This document shows, piece after piece, positions 1 to 11,738 of a stretch of DNA of 64,000 bases. Position numbers and translations under genes: made by a program. How positions within the stretch are numbered: the stretch's first letter is position 1; each line of letters starts with the position of its first letter. The notes under the pieces were generated by a model. The model saw nothing but the letters and a program-made list of their open reading frames with translations. It was not told where the DNA came from and searched no databases. Source of the stretch: Paraspadella gotoi (lineage: Eukaryota; Animalia; Chaetognatha); assembly GCA_051294375.1 (NCBI GenBank), contig CM119269.1:10165056-10229055 (forward strand). The letters run 5' to 3'.

Positions 1-1592
1 AATTATGTATGAAAACAGACGAAAACTTTTTTTAAATCACCATGCTATTTTAATTGTTGAACTGATATAATATTACCTTGGACAAATTTAAAAAAGTTCT
101 TTTAAACAATTCCCAAACTAGACATTTTAGGTTGTTCAAATGTAATAAATATTTTTGATATTCGGACTGCTTTGTAGGTTAACTTAATTTCATTAGCCTC
201 TTTTTAATATGATAGAAAAGCAGTATATTTTAACAGTTTTTTTATTTTGAGTGGGCATTCAAAGTTCTAACACATATTAACATTCGTATATTTGTTAGTA
301 TAGTAATTCCTCTATAGATTTTTAATTTTTGAAAACCGTTTACTTTTTTTTTCTATAATTTTTTTGACACGCAACAACGTTTTTTTGATACGCGAAAGAG
401 AATTGTAAAAAATTAAAAATTAAATAGTACCAATAGTTATATTTATGTCTTAGAATAGATGAAAAAAAAACTTGTTTAAAAAAATTTGATCGGGAAGTGG
501 GGTAACTAAGGGCTTACCAACGGGTATCCTCCATGCTGATCGTTCTCTCCTATAGATTTTTTTAATTTAATACATTTGAAAGGAAAAAAAGAAAATTCAG
601 AATTCAGGGTGGCATTAAAGGGTAGAGAAATCTGTACATAGTGACATGAAATAATGACTTTTATGTCTGGCGAATTGGGGGCAGTAAAGAAACCCTTAAA
701 AAATACAATCATTTAAAGTCAGTCAATTGAACCTTTTCGGCGGAATTTTCTTTTTTCGTTAATTTAAAAGGGATGATAAAATAGAATTAAATTCCCTTTA
801 TAAAGCGTTTGTTATATTTAAAAAAAATTAGCAATTACAATTTCAACACAATGATGTCTTGCTTTGCAAATATGTCAGCAGTTAAGTAATTTTTGAAAAT
901 TTTATTATGATAAACAAGCAGTATATCAAGCTTTCTTTGCAGTTGAGATAATGAAAATGATATATTTTTTTTCACAGACAAGAAGGTAGACGTCCAGACT
1001 GTTTATATCAAAGCTGAAAACATTTTTATTATTATCATTTTTTATATTTAAAAAATATTTTATCAAGTACTACAAATTTTTTGCTTGTTTTTTACTTTAA
1101 CTGGAAAAATACAAGCAAATTTATTAAAGTAGAGAAAATTTATGGTAATTAAAATCGTAATTCAGACTTTCCTCTTTAATTTAACAAAAGAAAAAAAAAC
1201 AAAAAATTTTATATGCCTTCATTGATTTGTAATGCAAAAAAACTGTTATACTTTAACTCGTATTTAAATAAAAACTGTGTAAAGATTTATGGATAAAAAT
1301 TTAACAAAACTGTTCTAGAAATATTGTCCCATGGATTAGGGCTTAATTTGATACCACACTACCTTGCACCCCTTTTTTTTTTCAAAAGATATTCCAAGAA
1401 AATAACTTTTTTATTTACTTTTTTTGCATCTGCAGTTTTTTTTTAAACAAACCTAACTTTTGGCCTTAAAATGTTCTAGTGGGATTGTTTAAAACTTTTT
1501 AAATTTGGTCCAATGATAATATCTATATCAGATTTCAAACAATTAAATAGATGTGATTTAAAAAAAAAGTTTTCATCTGTTCATACATAATT
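1..1592. mobile_element. Probable non-autonomous DNA transposon with long degenerate inverted repeats (left end may run off the window)
   Basis: 1-130 is an imperfect reverse complement of ~1460-1592. The internal part ~900-1410 recurs at ~21050-21545. Confidence 0.5.
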
Positions 1593-2324
1593 TTTAATAA
1601 CCAGTTAATTTTTGGATTTTGTCCAAAAGTAAGTAAATATAGCAGTCAGTATTACTTTAAAAATAAAAAAAGTTATAAAATTATTATAATTTGAGAATGA
1701 TACAACTGACCAGTAGCTATTAAAAGCATTCATGAACAATTAATTAATAATTTATGTTTTATATGCTAAAAAAAAAATCTCAAAGTAAATTTTTCATATA
1801 TTTAATTATATAAATTATTTTATTTTCTATGTCAAAAATCATCATAATAAACTACTACTATATGTATTTGAAGGCCTATATTAGGTACGGTAAGTCCTTA
1901 TAATAAATAAATTTTTCTTCAATCATTGGCCATAGTATAAATTTTTTAATTAAATTATTTGAAAAAAAATTAAAATAAATATTTTAATAAAGAAAAAAAT
2001 TAATTACAAATAAACAATTAAAGATAGAATAATGGTTATGGACTCAAGACGAAAGAAAATTGTTCATATAGATTATGTATGATGCATGATATTTTCATTT
2101 TTTAAAATAATTTAAACCATTTTACAAATTTTTTTTATTTTACTTTTATGATTTTATATAGCTAATTTTAAATATTAATTTATAAAAAAAAACTGTCATT
2201 AGGAAAATTTTGGATACCCTTTTTTTTGTGTAGGCCCAAAAGGTCCGGAAACCGATCCCGCGGACATCTCATTTCTTGTGCACTCCATTGCCGAGTAAAT
2301 CGATGTAAAAAGAAAACCGTTGTA

Positions 2325-2452
2325 TAGCCTTACTGCGAAAATTGAAGAACATAAAATAAATTTTTTTACAAATTAATATTTAATGTGATGGTATGTTGTT
2401 CATAATTTTCTGACATTTAGAATTTTTGTATGTAACTTTTCACTACGCCTTA
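2325..2452 (+). mobile_element. Right end of hAT-type MITE
   Basis: Ends ...actttcactacgcctta like the complete copy at 33336-33944, and is followed by ATGATTAA. Confidence 0.7.
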
Positions 2453-2804
2453 ATGATTAATTGAGTAATTATTGGTTAAAATTAGCAAAAATGATTTAAA
2501 AGTTAATATGACTTTTTGTTTTTTTTCATTTAAACTCATTTCCACTCGCACGATTCCATCGAAATTTATATCCAGCTCAATTTACACACTTCCTGCCCCA
2601 CACACAAAACTTCATTCCAATTCCATCCATCCGAATCAATCACGAGAATTTTAGTTTTTTGCCTTAAGGGGGGACGGACGGAGGACGGACGGACATCGTT
2701 TTTTTTTGCTTTAATTTAGCATTAATTAGGGGGAACCGACAAAAGTGAATACTTATAAGGTGAATAGTTAGGCGAGCTAAAATTTTTAACACTTTTTACA
2801 ATAA

Positions 2805-3348
2805 ACCAAGTTTGAGCAAACAATGTCGATCTGCCTACGATAATTAATTAATTAATTGATTAATTAATTAATTTAATAGATTAATTAATAATAGATTAAT
2901 TATAAATTATATTCAGCTTGTCATCATCGAGCTGTACCTTAAAATTGAGTCAGACAGTTATTAAATGTTTTGTTTAATTTTATCAAAAACCAAAACAAAT
3001 ATCCTCTATTATCGAGCAGGGCGGGCAAAGCCCGTCCCTGTCTTTGATTTTCTTTTCGGTTAGGCCGGTTCTCCCGCTTTTTTTGGCAATCAATGGCTTC
3101 TGAAGTGTGATAATCATTAGGGAGGTTGGAATTTTCATATATGGCTTCTAATCATCAAGATCCTTTAAAATTCTCATGTTCATATCAATATTGGTATTTT
3201 TTATGTTTTATTTACAAAACAAACGTTAATAGGCCCGCACGGCCGCCCGCCAGTGCCTGAGAATATATGTCGCTCTCTCTCTCTCTCTTTTTTCTCCGTC
3301 CACGCTTCTTCTAAAACGATGTTCCGGCTCTGCAGCGTCTGTCAGCTT

Positions 3349-3401
<53 letters not shown>

Positions 3402-3879
3402 CTTACAAAAAATTTTTTAGATTATAATGTGGGTTCACTAATGTAAAAAATGATGCGGCGAAACAGGGCCGCGAACCCGGGTCCTTTGGGTAGAGATTAA
3501 GCTCACGCTACGTGCGGCCCATAAGTACTGCTGCATTTCTTTACGAGTAAAGGGCTGTAGAGCTTCTCTCTCTCTCTCTCTTTTAATTATTATAATATCG
3601 CTCTTTCCCTCTTCTCTTTTTCTCTGCAGCGGCTGTCTCTCTCCCTCTCTTTTTCTTCTCTCTCTCTTCTCTCTCTCTCTGTCTCTCTGTCTCTCTGTGT
3701 GTGTCTGTCCCTATCTGTCGATCTTTTCTTGTGATCGTTTTGTGTTTTTTTTGAAAAAATTCTGATTATTTCTTTTCCTTTCTAAAAACTTTTTATTATT
3801 GCCAATTTTATCCGCGCTTTTTTTCAATACAAAATCCCATATTTTCATCCGAGATTTTCGTGCATTTATCTCTTTTCTT

Positions 3880-3920
<41 letters not shown>

Positions 3921-4354
3921 TTCTCTCTCTCTCTTTCTTCTCTCTCTCTCTCTTTTCACTCATACACGCATTTGTTTGTATTGACTAATCATTCGCATCA
4001 ATGAATGACAATCATCGAATCAATGAATGGACAATCATCGCATCACTGAATGACTATCATCACAGCAGTGAATGACTATCATCGCATCAATAATTGATTA
4101 TCATCGAATCAATAATCAAGTCCTATTACATCAATAATTACTTTACGATCAATCAATTTAGTATTACCTCAATCAATTACTAGTACATCAAAAACCAATT
4201 TCGTTTATCGCATGATTCATTTTCGTTTTTTTCCGGTTTTTTCATTTAATTTTCTAGATTAGTGGCTTCTAGGCTCGATCTTGAGTCTTTTAGATTTTTT
4301 TATTTTGATGTCTCCTTCTCTCTCTCTCTCTCTCACTCTCTCTCTCTCTCTCAG

Positions 4355-4394
<40 letters not shown>

Positions 4395-5609
4395 ATGCAA
4401 TAGCGACGATCCTTATGCTTTTAAGATTTTTTTAACTTTGCATCATTTTTTCAACTTGCATCATTTTTCACTTGCATTCCGTTCAAGAACTTTATATCTA
4501 GCTTCTTCACTACTTTCCTTACCGGCTTCAAACAAAATTTCATCTCAATCTATTATGGTTAAAATAAATAAAAAGATTCAGTCAAATGATGACTCATATT
4601 TTTTCATTTTAAACTCATTTCCACTGGTCACCGGTTTCCACTGAAACTTTATTATCAAGCTTCGTCATTACGTTTCCTACCACACACCAAAATTTCAAAC
4701 TCAATCTATCCATCCAATTATGATTAATTGAGTATTTATTGGTTAAAATAAGTAAAAAGATGTTTTAGTAATTCGACTTATGTTTTTCCATTTAAACTAA
4801 TTTCCACTCACACGATTCCAACGAAATTTTATATCCAGCTTTATCACACACCTTAACCTACCCACACACAAAATTTTAATTCCAATCCAACCAGCCAATC
4901 ACGAGTATTGGAGCTTTTTGCTAAGATGGGACGGGATGGACGGATTGATTGACTAATTAATAATTATTGATTTAATTTATTACTAATTGATTAAATAACT
5001 GATTAATATTGATTATTAATACATCCTGCAGATTACATTTAATATAAAAGGAAAAAAGAAGCATAATCAAATTAGTAAAACAGGTTTTTGTTTTTTACCA
5101 TTTAAACTCATTTCCACCAACACTATTCCATCGAAACTTGATTTCCATGTTCAATTCACACCACTTCCTACCCACATACAAAATTCCAGGTCAATCAGCC
5201 CATTCCACTCATGAGCCAATTGGTGTTTTCAAATAGTGAATATATTTTTTTGTTTTTTCCATTTAAACTCATTTCCACTCGGAACGATCCATCGAAACTT
5301 AATATCCAGCTCAATCACACACTTACCTATCCACACACAAAATTTCATTTAAATCCATTCCATCCAATCACGAATTTATTGGTATTTTTGCTAAGGTGGG
5401 ACGACGGACGGACGGACGGACGGACAGACAGACGGCCGGACGGACATCATTTTTTTTGCATAATTTATCATAATTCGATGTTCTGACATGATATAAGTGT
5501 GTGCCCGACAATATTTGAGGGGCGGACCGACGCGACCGAAAAATGCTGAAGTTATAAAAAGTGAGTTATAGAGTCGGGATCTGCTGATAAGCAGCATCCG
5601 ACTAAAAAA
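2805..5609 (-). mobile_element. Helentron-associated (HINE/DINE-1-like) non-autonomous element
   Basis: Reverse complement of the family pattern: 5' subTIR hairpin gtcggatctgc..gcagatcccgac, (GTCC)n microsatellite, internal tandem blocks, and 3' gcagatccgacattgtttgctcaaacttgtt. Confidence 0.7.
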
Positions 5610-7018
5610 CTCGATGACCTTCAGGTCTGTAATAATCGAATTTCTAATATTTGCCCTTTTCATTTAATGATTTTTTAACGAAACTTTTTAATATTTAATA
5701 ATCATATTTAAGTAGTATTTTTTTAATTCTTTAGAATTTTTAATAACCGATACTAAACAGTTGTCAAAAAAGTAAGATTATAGATTAGTATAAATCTTAC
5801 TACTCGAGTAAATCCTTGGCAAAACAAACAATCGCAGTTCCAGCTAATAATTACTCCAACAGCGAGAACCAGCTATGGATATTATTACAGCAGGATGATA
5901 CATGAACTGAATCACACTGCGGCCGGCTGTACATAAAAAAATCAAATAAGAAACTTATTAAAATTTAGTATTACAGATGACTAAGTAATTATTTGAGTGT
6001 TGCCGCTTTTAATTTTGGTCACTTTTTGATGATCATATGGCTGCATAATTTGGGAGTGTAGTTAAAGTTGTGTCTAAGTTTTTATATTGATACGCATTTA
6101 CTATTCATATATAATGTTATAATTATAAAATAAAATATTACAATTTTCCTAGGTTTTTTTAGTGACGAAATGGATTAACCAAAAATTATTTGTAAAATTT
6201 AACATTTTATAAAAACGTTTTTTATTTGTGAAAACAATGATCATTAGAAAAATTGCGTTCATGTCGTTTCAGTTCTAATTTGAACCTTCATCACTTGGAT
6301 TAGTTTTTCCTTTTCTTTATTATCCCTTACCTCTCCATTTCCATACAATGATCCTATTTAGTATTATTCCCTCACATTGTTGATAATTATATGCACTATT
6401 AAATTTTTAAACTTTAAATTTTACTCTCAAGTTTGTGAACAAATTTTTAACTTTTGTACATGGGTAAAAAGTAATAATTAAAAACTTCTAAACCCATTCT
6501 TTTCCAAATTCTTTTCACTATAGTCTCACTTTCTATCCTTAAAAAAAGGGTATCATTTCAAGGTTTCTCTTAAAATAAGGGCTTAAGAGATGGAGTACAA
6601 ATTTCGCAGAAAACTAGCTGCTGGACGAGTTCCGAAAATTGTATGTCACTTTAAGCTCTTGTGAGCATTACTACCGGCCGCCGCATTCTTATATCCGGTA
6701 AAAACTATTAATTTGTATTCAGAGGCTTTAAAATTGAAAAGAAATACTATCTTGTCGAAGAGTGCAGGTCGAGAACTGAAGATAAAGAGGCCAAATCCGA
6801 CCTTCTATTATCTTTTCGTGAACTATTATTTATTCACCTTAATTAGAAAAATGTAATTAGATGGACACATTTTTAAATTTCAACTTGTATCTGAAATATG
6901 AAACGTTTTTAAACTTTAACCCTGAATTTCTTTCTAACTGGAACGCGTTTTATCAAAATGTCTCTCTATTACATTTTTACAAATGTTTTAAAGATTGCCT
7001 AATCAAATTTTAATGTCA

Positions 7019-7287
7019 GACTAATGAAGGATTTTTTTAAAAAGAGTTATATTTCTTTTTAACATCTTTTTATGACGAATCCAAATCTGCCAAAAATCTT
7101 AGAAAAAAACTGTTTTGAAATTTTAACATTTATTGGATTAGTACTAGTATAAATATGGCCTACTGCGTAAATTGTAAAATTTATTATAAATTTTTTTATT
7201 ACATAAATGTTTATTAGTATAATGTTGTTCGTTCCTCACTTTTAGAATTTTAATTAAAGTTAAATTTAGAAATTTTACTACGCCTTA
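7019..7287 (-). mobile_element. Left part of hAT-type MITE
   Basis: Reverse complement of 33336-33600. Flanked by TTAATCAT, the reverse complement of the ATGATTAA at 2453. Confidence 0.7.
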
Positions 7288-7664
7288 TTAATCATAATTG
7301 GATGGTTAGATTGAGATTAAATTTTGTGTGTGGGTAGGAAAGTGTGTGATGAAGCTGGATTTAAAATTTAGATGGAATCGTGCAAGTGGAAATGAGTTTA
7401 GATGGAAAAAACATAAGACACTTTTATTTGAATCTTTTTAATAATTTTAATCCATAATTAATCGAATTAATCATAATTGGATGGATAGATTGAGATTAAA
7501 TTTTGTGTGGGTAGGAAAGTGTGTGATTGAGCACGATATAGTGGAAATGAGTTTGCATGGAAAAAACCAAAGTCAAGTTGACCCTGAATTTTTATTATTA
7601 TATGATTACTCATGAATGTTTTAATTGATTGATTAATTAATTAATTAATTAATTATTAAGTGAA

Positions 7665-8950
7665 AAATGATGCAATTTGAAAAAAATGATGCAAGTTAAA
7701 AAAATGATGCATATTGAAAAAATGATGCAAGTTGAAAGATTGTTGCAAGTTGAAAGAATGATGTAAGTTGAAAAAAAGATGCAAGTTGAAAAATGATGCA
7801 AGTTGATAAAATGATGCAAGTTGAAAAAATAATGCAAGTTGCAAAAAGGATGCAAGTTGAAAAAATGATGCAGGATGAAAAAATGATGCAAGTTGATAAA
7901 ATGATGCAAGTTGAAAAAGTGATGCAAGTTGAAAGATTGTTGCAAGTTGAAAGAATGATGTAAGTTGATAAATGATGCAAGTTGAAAGAATGATGCAAGT
8001 TGAAAAAATGATGCTATTGAAAAAATGATGCAAGTTGAAAAAAAGATTCAAGTTGAAAAAATGATTCAAGTTGAAAAAATGATGCCAGTGAAAAAAAGAC
8101 GCAAGTTGAAAAAATGATGCAAGTTGAAAAAATGATGCCAGTTGAAAAAATGATGCAAGTTGAAAAAATGATGCAAGTTGATAAAATGAATGCAAGTTGA
8201 TAAAATGATGCAGGTTGAAAAAATGATGCAGGTTGAAAAATGATGCAAATTGATAAAATGATGCAAGTTATAAAAGTGATGCAAGTTGAAAAAAATGATG
8301 CGAGTTGAAATAATGATAATGAAATAATGGTANNNNNNNNNNNNNNNNNNNNNNNNNNNNNNNNNNNNNNNNNNNNNNNNNNNNNNNNNNNNNNNNNNNN
8401 NNNNNNNNNNNNNNNNNNNNNNNNNNNNNNNNNNNNNNNNNNNNNNNNNNNNNNNNNNNNNNNNNNNNNNNNNNNNNNNNNNNNNNNNNNNNNNNNNNNN
8501 NNNNNNNNNNNNNNNNNNNNNNNNNNNNNNNNNNNNNNNNNNNNNNNNNNNNNNNNNNNNNNNNNNNNNNNNNNNNNNNNNNNNNNNNNNNNNNNNNNNN
8601 NNNNNNNNNNNNNNNNNNNNNNNNNNNNNNNNNNNNNNNNNNNNNNNNNNNNNNNNNNNNNNNNNNNNNNNNNNNNNNNNNNNNNNNNNNNNNNNNNNNN
8701 NNNNNNNNNNNNNNNNNNNNNNNNNNNNNNNNNNNNNNNNNNNNNNNNNNNNNNNNNNNNNNNNNNNNNNNNNNNNNNNNNNNNNNNNNNNNNNNNNNNN
8801 NNNNNNNNNNNNNNNNNNNNNNNNNNNNNNNNNNNNNNNNNNNNNNNNNNNNNNNNNNNNNNNNNNNNNNNNNNNGTGATGCAAGTTGAAAAAAATGATA
8901 CAAATTGAAAAAATGATGCGAGTTGAAATAATGATAATGAAATAATGGTA
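7665..8950. repeat. ~17-18 bp minisatellite (TGATGCAAGTTGAAAAAA)n spanning an N-gap, inside a HINE-family element
   Basis: Dozens of direct units. Shorter arrays occur at ~16058 and ~30745, and a related array at ~14990-15250. Confidence 0.9.
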
Positions 8951-9692
8951 CCCTTTTTAAACTCTTCATAAACTCAGAGAAATAAAGAGACTATTTGATC
9001 GTCGATCTGCTCAAGCCACCAAATCATGCCTTTGAAGAATCTCTGGACTACCGAAGCATCTCGCCGGGGTTGAGGAGTTTCCTCAAATATTATTCGAATA
9101 TTCTTTTTTTTTTTTGGAAAAGTATTAAGTATACCAATGAAAATTATGAGTAAATATTATCAATATGGTTCCTAACATTTACACTAGGCCATTGGCAATT
9201 CTTTTTTTTAGTCATAGACAGAAACTTGGCAAATGAAAATCACGAGTAAATACTATCATTATGGTACCTAACATTTATACTAGGCAATTGCCTTTTTTTT
9301 TAAGTCATAGACAGAAACTTGTCAATTTTTTTTTTTTAGAATGGTCATACCAGATTAAAATTGTTGGAATTACCCTCATTCCTAATTATTATTATTCTTA
9401 TCATTAATGATACCATTATTATTTTTATAATTATTACTATTATTATTTTTACATTATTATTATTATTATTATTACTATGATTGGAATTACTATTATTGGA
9501 ATTACCCTCATTCCTAATTATTATTGTTCTTATCATTAATGATGCTATTATTATTTTTAGCATTATTACTATTATTATTTTTATCATTATTATTACTATG
9601 ATTATTATTATAAAACTTAATATTATTATTATTATTGTTATTATTACTGTTAATATTACTATTATTATTACTATAGTACTATTATTACTAAC

Positions 9693-10468
9693 TGTGTTGA
9701 ACTAAGTTCGGAGAAGTGGCTGTCTTTGAATTCTAACTGACTGGACTAATTCTGCGCATTGAAGACCAGATGGAATCGGGTATAAAATGGCGCAGAAGAG
9801 ACGATGGCGCCGGTCAAAACGCCCTGGAGATGACGACGACAGAGTCTCGGAAGATGACGTCGGCTAAGGCCGAAAGGACGACGATCTACGAAGCCCAGGA
9901 CTTGACGAAATGTCGTAGTTGTAAGTCTGATGCTGAAGAGTCTGTAGTAGCAGACAAGTCTGTAGAGAAGAGTTAGAAGTCCTGGGCAAGGAATAACAAA
10001 ACATTTATCACAAACTCAGCAAATATATATAAATTTAAAGTGTCTTTCTTACTTGTTTCTGAAGCCAATAATATACAAAAATAGAGATGCTTCTCTCATA
10101 GAAAAGTCCACCAAACCAGCGATCACACAAAAAATAAGATTCCGAGATATCTGATAAAAGAGTTTCTATGCTCTAAAAAGAACTAAAAACCCAGTGACAA
10201 CTTTGAGATCTGAAGATGCCACGTGGCCAGAATTCGATTAGAATCTTAATCGAAATCTATCGAAATCACGGGCACCAATCAGAATCAGCTGTACACTGCC
10301 TTCGGAAATCTGTACTTAAGTATAAACAAAAGAAAGAGCCTAAAGATGTCATGTCGATCGCTAGAATGGAAGCATTTTCGATGTCAGTAATAAAGAGCAA
10401 AAGAGCAACGGGGAAAAGGTAGAGAAGCTGGATTTCCTCGTTATATTAAAGATAGTTATTTCGTAACA
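9693..10468. mobile_element. Solo LTR (~776 bp)
   Basis: TG...CA termini flanked by the 5-bp direct repeat CTAAC (9688-9692 and 10469-10473). GC content is higher than the flanks. Confidence 0.65.
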
Positions 10469-11522
10469 CTAACGTCACCATTATCACACCATTATTAATA
10501 TTATATACTAAGTTTATGAATTTTTAAAACTTAATTCTTAATCCTTTATGAATTTTTAAATCTTAATCCTTAATCCTCACTTTACAATACCCAGTACTCA
10601 ATACATACCAAATTATTAGAATAAATTCCAATAACTAACCCTTGCCCTTTTTACTAAATTACCCCAATCTACCCGCCCCTCCTCATTCATCTTACCCAGA
10701 ATCCCTCCAACCAAAACTCCTTTCTCAAAACTCCGCAATCTTCCATTAAACTTTACCACCCAAAATTCTTCTTCCAATTCCTTTCTTAATTTTGAAACAA
10801 AAACATTCCACAACTTTTCAACTGCCGACTCCACACTTCTAATCCTTTCCCCTCTCATCATTAAAATTATAGACCTTAAAGTATACCCTAGCCTATTTCT
10901 AAGATTAATTTTAGCTCCTCTTCCTGTTAATCGAATATTCTCGGGGGCGTTTTAGGAGGACGGACCGGCGGGTCCTAACAATAATTTGTAATAAATAAGT
11001 GATAAATTAATCAGTATAATAAAATATTTTAAAATGAATAGATAAAAGAAAGTTGACTGTATTAGGAGCCGACGTGGATCTTAGAGATCGAGGAAGATTT
11101 TTTCAATGGAGATTTTTGTTCAAATCTGACTACCAAATAATATAAACGTTCCTGGGAAAAATTCTGGTAAAAAATTGACATTAAAACACTCGATTCCGAT
11201 CCTGTTGCATCTGAAGGGTTCGCATTTTTCTTCTCTTGTCAAATCATCATCATCTTGATATCAAACAAGCCAGAACAAATAGACTGCTTCTGTACGAAAA
11301 AAATTTCCATCTTTGATTTTATATAGAAATGAAAGGGATTTTTTCCCTTCAAGACAATATAAATGTGATTGAGATATGTTCCGGTTTTACAAATGACTTC
11401 AATTTAGGAATCCTCTGGCAAAGTGTCTGAAGGGCTCTCAAAATTTTCCTTTACATTTTATTTAGTTATTTTAATATAGAAGACGTTTTAGATTGTTTAA
11501 ACAACGATTTTATTATTATAAG

Positions 11523-11566
11523 ACGGACATGTTTCGGCTTTAGTCATACAAGCCTTCATCGGCGTC
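11523..11566 (-). ncRNA. Minimal type-I hammerhead ribozyme motif (Penelope pLTR-type, CCGAUGA variant)
   Basis: Minus strand reads GACG-CCGATGA-A-GGCTT..AAGCC-GAAA-CATG-TC-CGTC: stem I GACG/CGTC, stem II, and a palindromic ACATGT stem III. Confidence 0.7.
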
Positions 11567-11569
11567 AAA

Positions 11570-11688
11570 GAGGGACGGGGCGCTTAACTCGCCTGTAACA
11601 CGGTGTTACAGCCTGATCCGAAGCTCAGGGATTGCTTATATTGAACGGTTCTGTCACTAACACATAACAATAATTACTGTCTCTTCAA
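11570..11688 (+). ncRNA. 5'-truncated family-A element with twister ribozyme core
   Basis: GGG-A-CGGG-GCGC-T-TAA-CTC-GC-C-tgtaac..gttaca-G-CCTGA-TCCGAAGC-TCAGG followed by the family-A tail. Confidence 0.7.
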
Positions 11689-11738
11689 TACGAACAGACT
11701 ATCAATTACTTAAAATTAAAAGAGTCCTTAATTTTCAG

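Noticed and set aside
5860-5935. Possible small exon (RTSYGYYYSRMIHELNHTAAGCT*)
   Set aside because: Could not be linked to other exons or a recognisable domain.
7649-8969. Overlapping ORFs rich in FQLASF/NLHHFF and CRISPR-like regular repeats
   Set aside because: Translations of an 18-bp minisatellite and an N-gap; there are no unique spacers and the context is eukaryotic.
10616-10920. Possible LINE ORF2 C-terminal fragment on the - strand
   Set aside because: No diagnostic RT or zinc-knuckle motif; the strand skew could explain the ORF.
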